Source: Octopus sinensis (taxonomy: Eukaryota). Taken from it: 64,000 nt of DNA. The stretch's first letter is position 1. Every line of letters begins with the position of its first letter. The notes beneath the pieces were generated by a model. That model did not search any database and had not been told where the DNA came from. It was given only the letters and a program-made list of their open reading frames with translations. The stretch lies in assembly GCF_006345805.1 (NCBI RefSeq), contig NC_042997.1, forward strand, positions 136,462,001 to 136,526,000. Reading direction: 5' to 3'. Shown piece after piece: positions 54,330 to 64,000 of the stretch. Both the position numbers and the translations under genes were made by a program.

Positions 54330-54875
54330 AGGCACCGGCTCTCATAGTTTCTCATCTTAACTGACTGGAAATGTTATCATATACATGATATAAAAGATGG
54401 GCTGCAGCAAATATTCTACTCAATACCACAGATTTGCTTGTCAGTTGCTTGTCTTTAAACACTTGAGCATGTCCCTTAGTGGCTGACGATATGTGCATCT
54501 CTGATTACAAACAGAAGTACTGGGTGGCGGGGCATTACAGCCATGTGTTGAGAGGAATTCTTTGGAATTTGAATAATTAATCTCTGAAAACATGGGTGTT
54601 TCGTTCAACATCCTTAAACAACCTTTATTCATGGCCCTTTTGAGTGGGACGGGCTACTCGACCTGAAGAAAATTCTAACTGGGCTCCACTTGCAAGGTTA
54701 TGCACTGTTTATCTTGATATGAGATTACCATTTCGCGCACATATGGTTGTGATGCATGTGCCTGATGTATTCTTATCAGACCGGTAATCATGATGGGTAT
54801 ACTGGCCGTCGTATATTTGTACACCAATGTCACTTTGATGGCCTTCGCTGCTCTCTCACTGAATAATAATTATTA
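54330..54875 (+). repeat. Dispersed repeat family E, about 540 bp with an (AAT)n end
   Basis: Aligns over its full length with 56884-57425. Confidence 0.85.
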
Positions 54876-54914
54876 TTATTGTTTTGGTTTGTCTCAGGTT
54901 CGGACCTATTCGTG

Positions 54915-56040
54915 GTAGGGATTATGGGGATAGCAGGTTACTACCTGTAACTTTAGTTATCCACAAGTTTTCTGCAGTCTTTAAGTGCTTGGGGCCCTCC
55001 TGATAATCCTTGCTGTCCCTAAGAAACAAAAGTTTTGTAGAAAATCTCCCGGGCATTCTATTTTAATCTCCCTCAGCCATTTCTCTGTATCTTGGCTTTC
55101 TGATCCCAGCGCACCAATTATTATAGGCACGACCTTCAATGTTCGCATGCTCCAAATTCTTCCTATTTCAAATCTTAGGAGATTGTGCTTTCTTCTTCCT
55201 CTTTCTTTACGATCCTGGAATTAAATGGGCATGATGGGTCGATAAGTAAGTTGCTTCGTTTTTGCTTATCTATGATTGTAATATCTGGTTTTCTAATTTC
55301 TTGTCCGTTTGAATCGGAAACTCACACAAAATCTTACATCTCTCCAACTCTAGTATTCTTTCGACTTGATGGAATTTTCCAGTGTAAAACTTTAACACCT
55401 GGTTGTGCCTCCATTTCTTATATTCTTCCACTTCTTATATTCTTCTTGTTCCAAGTACCACAAGCTTTACATTTTTCTGACACATTTTCTTCATATATAT
55501 TTTTCTCAAGTTGTTTATTTTTATCACTTGGTCTTGAGCTGCTACAATTAGGCTTTGTTTTTTTTTATTTGTTTTATTTTATTGCCCCTTTTTTTAACCA
55601 AACCCAGGATTTTGCTCTACATACGTCTTCAGTGTATCTCCCAAATTGGCCATGCAGAGGATTCTCTTCGATCTATCTAACATGTTCTCTTTGTATTTTA
55701 TTCTTGTCCTTTTCTCCTATTACCCGCCTATTTACCTGTTCTTTCTTAACTAACTTTAGTAGTTTTTCTGTACTGCTCTATAAATACCCTACTAGACTTT
55801 TTCCATCTGTACACATTCTTCTACTGCTATTAAGCCTCGTCCATCCTGGTCTCTCCTCAATCTCCTCAAGTAGAGCCGGTTAATATCAGCTTTCGGATGG
55901 TGGGCTACATACATCGTCAACAACTTCCTAGTTTTTCTGTCAAGTTTCTTTATTTCTTTTCTGATTCAGTCTATTATTCCAACTCCATATATAATTAAGG
56001 GTACTGCTCTTCAATTTATTACTTCACTGAGATTTTTGTA
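54915..56040 (-). mobile_element. R4/Dong-like RLE LINE 3' remnant
   Basis: KLDRKTRKLLTMYVAHHPKADINRLYL, GRGLIAVEEC, LHGQF and RKPDITIIDKQKRSNLLIDPSCP (PD..D nuclease). Confidence 0.8.
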
Positions 56041-56207
56041 AATTAATATTATTATTATTATTATTATTAGAACCCTCCTGATGATAAGGATTATCAGGAG
56101 GGTGGTAAATATTTGAAAGACTGCTGAAACTTGTTAATACCTAAGGTTACAGGTAGTAAATCGCTATCCTCATAATTCCTAAATTATTATTATTATTATT
56201 ATTATTA

Positions 56208-56237
<30 letters not shown>

Positions 56238-56238
<1 letters not shown>

Positions 56239-56850
56239 AGGTTAAGAAGGAATATATTCACAGACACGACAGAGTTTGGACCTATATATGCTGGAAGCTA
56301 TGCCAACACTATGGAATAACAACAGAAAAAAGATGGTATAGGCACACGCCAGAATAGCTCACAGAAAACGAGATAGCAACCATACCTCGAGATATGCCAA
56401 TACGCACAGATAGAGAAATTAAGGCCAATAGGCCGGATATAGTTGTCAGAGATGACCAAGAAAAAAATTCTTTCTAATCGATGTATCAATACCAACAGAT
56501 GACAATGTTTCTCTAAAAGAAACGGAGAGACTTTAAAAATACAAAGTCCTTAAAATAGAGGTAACTCGAATGTGAAGTCTAAAAACAGAAACAGTTCCTA
56601 TCATAGTAGGTGTATTAGGTATGATATAAAAAATATTCAGACAAATACATAACAAAAACACCAGGACTAACAAGTATATATAACATACAGAATATAGCGC
56701 TACTAGGCACCGCACACACCCAACGTAAAACACTTTCAATACAGTAAAAATAAGAGTATCACAACAAACCAAAGCACGTACCCAAGGCACACAAAACGGC
56801 GCTCAGTAGTGCAGTAAAAGCACATGATAAAAATAAGACTACTAAATAAT
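56238..56850 (+). mobile_element. Second R4/Dong-like LINE 3' fragment (RLE domain)
   Basis: RHDRV...CWKLCQHYG, IRTDREIKANRPDIVV, LIDVSIPTDDNV and VPIIVGVLG. Confidence 0.85.
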
Positions 56851-56883
56851 AAGAAGAAGAAGATGAAGAAGAAGAAGAAGAAA

Positions 56884-57425
56884 TGGCTCTCATAGGTTCT
56901 GATCTTAACTGGTTGGAAGTCTTATCATGTAAATGTTTAGTCTTGGTATAAGAGATGTGCTACAACAAATATTCTCCCCAATACCACAGATTTGCTTGTC
57001 AATTGTTTGACCTTAACCAATTGAGCATGTCCTTTGGTGGCTAATGATATGTGCATCTCTGATCACAAACAGAAGTTGAGGAGCATCATAGGCATGTGTT
57101 GAGAGGAACTATTTGGAGTTTGAATAATTCACCTCTGGAAACATGGGTGTTTCATTCAACATCCTTAAACAACCCTAATTCAAGGACGATTCGAGTGGGA
57201 TGGGCTACTCGACCTGAAGCAAATTCAAACTGGGCCCCTCCTGCATGGTCATCCGCTGTTTATGAGATCATCATTTCGCGCACATTTGGTTGTGATGCAT
57301 GTACCTGGTGATGCATGTGCCCTTATCAGACGAGTAATCATGATGTGTATACTGGCCTTCGTATATTCTACCCCAATGTCACTTTGACGGCATGCACTGT
57401 TCTCTCACTCAATAATAATAATAAT
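56884..57425 (+). repeat. Dispersed repeat family E copy
   Basis: Paralog of 54330-54875. Confidence 0.85.
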
Positions 57426-57429
57426 GATT

Positions 57430-57870
57430 TCCTATTTTGGCACGAGGCCAGCAATTTCGGGGAAGGGGCTAAGTCGATTATATGGACCCTAATACTCAAC
57501 TGGTATTTATTTTATCGATCTCGAAAGAATGAAAGGCAAAGTCGGCCTCGGCAGAATTTGAGCTCAAAACATAAGGACAGACAAAACACTACTAAGTATT
57601 TTGTCCGACGTACTCACGATTCTACCAGCTCGTTGGCTTAATAATAATAAAAATAATCCTTCTACTACAGGCTCAAGGTCTGAAATTTTGGGGGAGGAGA
57701 CTAGTCGTTAACATTGACCCCAGTGTTTCACTGGTACTTAATTTATCGACCACGAAAGAATGAAAGGCAAAATTAACCCCGGCGAAATTTTAAGTCAGAA
57801 GGTAAGAACGGTCGAAGTGTCGCTAAGCATTTTGCCCGGCATGCTAACGATTCAGCCTGTTCACCGCCTT
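57430..57870 (-). mobile_element. Two tandem SINE family A copies
   Basis: 57430-57640 and 57655-57870, separated by (AAT)n. Confidence 0.8.
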
Positions 57871-57913
<43 letters not shown>

Positions 57914-58936
57914 CATCCAATGTAATCCGATTAAAATAATTGGATAGCTACGCACTAACTGCGCATGAACCTAGATTCACGAAACCTTTTAACTCTGTTC
58001 TCCGGTCTTCCTTGTTTTTCTTCCCTGTTTTTCTCTCTAAAACAAACAGTCCGAATTGAAAGAACATTAGTTGCAGTATTTGTTCCACCTCTCCGCAATC
58101 TGAGATTAAATTTCACCGAGGTGACTTTTATCTTTTATCCTTTCGGAAACGATGATGCTTTGCAGTTTTTGTCTGGTACTTTGCGTCGCCCAATTTAATA
58201 CCACGACTTGATTCTTAGGTGCCTTTAATGAAGGTCACTCTGTTTCAAGCTTTTGGGCCAGATGACCAGTTTGAGAAAATATTTTTTCTTCCTCCTTCTA
58301 ATCTCAGAGGTTCTAAAAAAAAAGGTTCTTGTGCATTGACCTTCCCTTCCAGACTAAATAGTGGTAAAAAGAACATTCCACTTTTTCATTCCATTCTGAA
58401 ACTAATTTTATAATTTTGTATTGTTATTCGTTTGTTTGTGTTCTTAGATAATGCTTTAGATTAAAATGTTATCCATTGAATGACATTGTTTTTCTTTCCG
58501 CACATAATTATTTATAATTAACTTTTAATGATCCCTGCATTAACTAGATTATCTTAGTGGCCAGTCGAAAATATGAAATTAAACTGAAAAAGAATTTTTT
58601 AAGTGGGTAATTACATGAGTGCGTTGAAAGACAGAAAGAGCGAGTGGGGAGAGAGAGAGAGAGAGAAGTTCACCATTAGATACTGGTAGAGAATAATTTT
58701 GTCTCTGGCGTTAAATTTTCGTCACGAAGAAGCCAGTTTCTAGGTTCATTACACCACCATTACCACCCATCGGTCATATGCTAAACAGGAGGTAATATAC
58801 AACAACTAATAAACAAGGTGTAATGGACCGACCGTTGCTACTATTCTGACAAAGTGGATATAAAAGATTTATTAGGGAACTACCGATGTGACTTTGTGGT
58901 TAAGTGGCTGTACATGATATTGAGCGTGAGAAAGTA

Positions 58937-58992
<56 letters not shown>

Positions 58993-60058
58993 CGTGCGCG
59001 CGCGCGTGTCTGTGAGTGAATGTTTGAAAAAAACACGTCCATGCTTGTGCGAAACTACCAGCCATCAGCTTTCTTCGTAGCGTCGTGTTTGGTGATGTTT
59101 GGAAAATATATTGTGTGGGGAACCAAAATTGTGTAACATACGACTGAATAACTAAATACAAGGCTAAAAGGGACTTTTATCTACTGAAGACAAAATCCTA
59201 AAGTTTCAACTGATTAAACAGGATCATGTGTTGAAAAAAAAAACTTTTTAACGCTTTAACTTTGATCGGTGGATCGGTAAAATCGTTAAAGTGTTTAACA
59301 AAATGCATCTATGTATTTAGTTCTGGTTCTTTGCATTCGAAGTCAACAATGCTTCCCATCTCTCCAGGGTCGATATAAATTGAATACTGGGATCGGTTTA
59401 GTTTACTGATAATGATGTCTGTCATGCTTCTTCAAGCAAGCAACCATAATCAAGAATTTCAGAACGAATTTTCTTTGCTCCGCTTGCGCTTTAAGGGTGA
59501 ATGTCGGTGTAAACGCCAACAGTAAGTGACCAAAGATATTAGTCGCTTTGAGAGACACAATGATGGGACAATATCACACAAATCCTCAAATGAAATGGCT
59601 ATATAATACGTCCATCATCATACACGATGCTTATCGGAATACTAAAAGTGAAATAACTTTAAGTGTATAAAAATTTCGAGTCTTTGTATAGCTGATCGTT
59701 ATTTAAGGTGTCTAAAGTATTTAGTTTGTTGCATGCTATATGTAACTTAGTATTGAAGCCGTATCGTTAATATGGTGAATATTAGATAAAAAACATATCA
59801 GAATTTTAACACAGAGTTAGAAACTCATTATTTGCAGAAACTTTCACGAGACTCTAAATGAACGCCATTATTCTTGACAACCAATAATAATTGATATTAT
59901 AGAAAATGCCTTAAATAACATGACGAAATTTTTTCTTTTCTTATTTTCTCATTTCCTTTTTCTTCTGAGCTTTACAGAAAACAAGCAGAAGAAAATTGGA
60001 AGTAAACTCAAGTGCGATGAAGAAAACAGAAAATAAACGCCAACTTAAGACTGCTACA

Positions 60059-60090
<32 letters not shown>

Positions 60091-60307
60091 TTGGATAGTA
60101 CCTCTGATAGCACTTGTCACACCCATCATATATGTAATAATACTGGCTTTTCAAGAGTGTAAGTTAAATGGATGTTAGATAATTGCACGAGTATAGACAT
60201 AATTAGAAATATGCAGCTCTGCAAAAAACATAACCGGCACTACATCATACAATGTCCTATCTTTTTAAGACGGCTTACGTGTGTGTGGGTGGGTGTGTGT
60301 GTGTGTA

Positions 60308-60720
60308 CTAGCAGTATAGCCCGGCGTTGCCCGGAATTAAGTTAGGATTATTAAGTGATCAAGCGATTTATTTCAAACCAAAATAAGTGACACCGACATC
60401 AAATTTGAGCGAAACCCGTTGAAATTGGTAAACGTTTGGCTGAAAATGGGTTGCAGGCAATTTGATTGGGAAATCCCATAAGGAATCGGTTTATCGATTA
60501 TTTCCACTCATGGTTTGTTTTTTTTTTTTCTTTTTTTGAGAACTTAAAGCATTCAAAGATCCCATGAGTCAAGTTTGAGACAAAATATGTCAAAATTGGT
60601 AAAAGTTATGATTGAAAATGGTGTGTAGCCAATTTTAGTGAGAAATCATATAAGGAATCGGTTTATCAATTTTTATCCTGGTTGAATAGAAAACCCCAAA
60701 TGGATGCCCGCCACCGATAG
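60308..60720 (-). mobile_element. Helitron 3' end with an internal duplication of about 170 bp period
   Basis: A|CTAGCAGTATAGCCCGGCGTTGCCCGG terminus. 60426-60510 is repeated at 60596-60680. Confidence 0.65.
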
Positions 60721-60929
60721 TGTTTGGCCTTGGGATTTGTTGATGGACATGGCGAAGCATGGTCTCATCGAGACGAGAAAATGCGACTGCTTGGTAAGCC
60801 AGCCAGTCGTGAAGAGAACGAGATAAGACTGACCACAGGTCATATGTCAGTGGTACGAGGAAGAAATACAAGGGGGGGGGGGCAGAGAGAAACAGAGAGG
60901 GAAGTAAAACAACGTGATAGATAGCAGCA

Positions 60930-62860
60930 TATAAAATAGTAACTTTATCAGAGAACACTATTTCAACGACAAAAATTAACATACAAACAAAAGGACTAAA
61001 ATTTATCAGAAACCCACGCAGAGCTAATCAGAATGAAATCAAAGACAATATTATGTAATTTTGCTGAAAGTTGTGACTTACAGAAGCACTACTTTAACTA
61101 TAGTAACGATGACGACTCACTTGTTAAGAACAAAAGCAAATATCTTCCACCAAAGAATAGGAATAAAACACTCGATGACTTTTGCTTCCACATTCTTGAT
61201 TTCCTTTATAATACTTCACACAAACAAAGAATTAACTCAAACCTTAGTACTACTCATGGGAAAAAATCGCAAAACGATGAAGAATTGACAGTTAAAGAAA
61301 CCGATAAAGAGAGTGTTGTAGTGATGGACAGAGAATACTACAAAAACCTAATGCTGCACATGCTAGAAAATGATTCCTGCTACGAGAAGTTTGAAAACTA
61401 TAAATAACAGAAAATAATGAGAACATTTTCGTCCCTCATGAAAAGGATCTGACAATCAAATTGACAACATAACCAATTTTAAATGTAAACCGAGTCTTTT
61501 CTAAGGTTTACCAAAAATACACAAAAGCCAAATGATTAATAACGCTTGCAAAGAATCATCAGACTTAAACATTAATGTCCAATCACCACGTGATTTAAAC
61601 TGGCCCATCGTGTAAAACATACTATTTAAGCAACTTCCTTCACATCCTACTGAAATCCCTTCTGAAGTATATTAAAAGTTTCATTAGAGACGATCTAAAT
61701 ATACTAAATCACCTCCCACAAACAATCAATGAAGAGACGGTCATGGTATCCGTTGATGTTGTGAACCGATATACTAATATCTCACACGACTATGGAAGAA
61801 AGCTATCCAGAACTACCAGGATGCATCAACAAGGAATTTGTAATTGAAACATCCAGAATAATTACTTCATGTTTGCTACCAATTAGTACTGGCAGGAACT
61901 TGGAATTGCGATGGAAACAAAAGCAGCCCAGTTCTTGCAAACCAATAACAGAGTATTTAGAATTTACTGTATATCAAGCATCACTACAAAAATATGAATG
62001 TTCCTTTTACCAGTATATAAGGGAGAACTGGAGAGGATATCTGGATGACTGTTTCTCCTTTGAAATGAGATTACTGATAAACGATTCGAATTTAAAATAC
62101 TGATCAGTGGTATAAATACTAATATCCAATTCACAATGGAAATCAATAAAGAGAAACTTCCATTTCTTGATTCTTTAATGAAAAAAATGTCAATAACCAA
62201 ATTGAAGCCGACGTCTATTATAAATCCACAGATTCGAAGCAATACATACTATTCAGCTCATACAACCCGAAACACATTAAAATAAATATCACTTTCAATT
62301 TAGTGAAAAGGATTTATACAATAGTGTCTGATAAAAATACTCGGGACCTACGACATACTCGTCGAGAGAAATTATCCATTTTCACAAACAGATGATGGAA
62401 TAAAACGTGCCAAGAGAATTGATATCCAAACACTAAGAGAAGTAAAACGAAATAACATACCCAATCTAAAAATCCTACCTTACATATCTACCAAGACCCT
62501 AAGAACAATGAAGCGTATAATACTATTATTCAAAATTTACATACACTCACTAGGGACTATACGCTAGTTCAAATTTTCGGTATACTCAAGTTCATTGAAA
62601 GCAAAAAACAACACAACCAAAATCACTGAAGAAATCACTGACAGGTACAACATTATACCCAGCAAAAACAGAACCAGAGTTAAACAATGCGGGCGACCTA
62701 ACTGTGGGACATGTCCCAACCTACTGGAAGGTTCGAAGAGCAAAGATTCAAAATTAAGACTGAGTTTACTTAATGTACGTCATAACTTGTTCGGGATGTG
62801 GACACAATTATATAGGGCAAGCAAGAATGTTTCACAGACGGAGGAAAATATGTATATATT
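60930..62860 (+). mobile_element. Penelope-like element remnant (RT plus GIY-YIG)
   Basis: KETDK..VVVMDREYY, GLPKIHK, DVVNRYTNI, YLDDCF, IQFTME...LPFLD, YYKSTD, CGRPNCGTC and TCSGCGHNYIGQ. Many frameshifts. Confidence 0.88.
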
Positions 62861-63541
62861 TACAGAGAGAGAGAATAAAAGAGCATAAATTTGACATAGA
62901 GTTCATAGTTTTATGTTCCACAACTGTTTTGGAACATCACTAAATAAACATCACTAAATATATATCTACATAATCATAATGCATAAATAATTAATTTAAA
63001 TTAATTCAGTTTGTTTACACAAATCATTAAATCTATTATGCTATGTATCACAATTGCTATTATATATTTAATGATGTCTCTCTTTATGAAACAGCTGTTG
63101 AACGCAAGTTGTGAACTCAATGCAGTATTTATACTTTTCTGCTTTTCTTCTAAATAGGTTTCTCTTAAAGTTCGTTTTAGCCGAATATATATATAAATAT
63201 GTATGTCGATACCTCTTGGATTTACTGTTAGGTAATAACATGTTGGAATTTAATGATCTGTTCTTAATTGAGCTCTTAAAATATCTATCTCACCTGGCTT
63301 GCACTTTGAAGAGGAGGTATCTCACTCTCCCTCTCTCTCTCTCACTCGTTCCCTCTTACTCACTCACTCCCACTCACTCTCTCTCACTCATTCTCTCTCC
63401 CTCACTCTTTCTCACTCACTCTCACTCACTCGCTCTCTTAAACACACACACGTACATACACTCATACATTTATATATGTATGTATATATATATATATACA
63501 TATATATATACATATATATATATATATTTACATACAGATTT

Positions 63542-63584
<43 letters not shown>

Positions 63585-63652
63585 ATTATATATATATATA
63601 TATAATATATATATATATATAAATATATATATACATACATATACATACACAC

Positions 63653-63683
<31 letters not shown>

Positions 63684-64000
63684 TGTATGTATGTATGTAT
63701 GTATGTATGTATGTATGTATGCATGTATAAGTATGCATGAATGTTATATATAGGGTCATTATTTCTCCCCATAAATTTGCCATTTAATTTACATTCTGCC
63801 CAGTTAAGTTTCCCCGCTAACTTGACAATACATTTTCATTTATTATACTATTTCTCGCAAGTGCTTACACTTCTGTTACCCCTTTAATACCCCCACTGTT
63901 TCACAAACCATTATCGCACTGTTGTTGTTCAATAAAATATTGAGACTGTATATTGGTATTTAGTCATTTCTTTTTCTAGCTAATGTTCGGTGTTTTTAAT

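Noticed and set aside
55185-55883. 232-aa hydrophobic ORF on + resembling a membrane protein
   Set aside because: It is the antisense shadow of the A-rich R4/Dong LINE on the minus strand.

Overview
AT-rich animal genomic DNA with dense (TA)n, (TG)n, (TATG)n, (AAT)n and (GACA)n microsatellites. The SINE and microsatellite make-up suggests an octopus or other cephalopod (inference). I cannot support any intact host protein-coding gene, and nearly all listed ORFs are microsatellite or antisense artefacts. The window is a transposon graveyard: four tRNA-derived SINE families, mariner remnants, a full-length but dead DD41D (rosa) element, piggyBac-type and Tigger-type MITEs, a Helitron cluster (14-20 kb), RTE, CR1/Jockey, R4/Dong and Tx1 LINE fragments, a fairly young 5'-truncated HERO-like RLE retrotransposon (30.6-33.3 kb) and several Penelope-like (PLE) remnants. 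The most interesting signal is non-coding. Several short elements with mutually unrelated sequence each carry a minimal type I hammerhead ribozyme (CUGANGA...GAAA, very short and often palindromic stem III). Two of them are built as large fold-back palindromes (40.3-40.7 kb and 48.4-48.9 kb). These look like a diverse set of non-autonomous PLE solo-pLTR or retrozyme-like elements. All structures were paired by eye; nothing was computed or searched.
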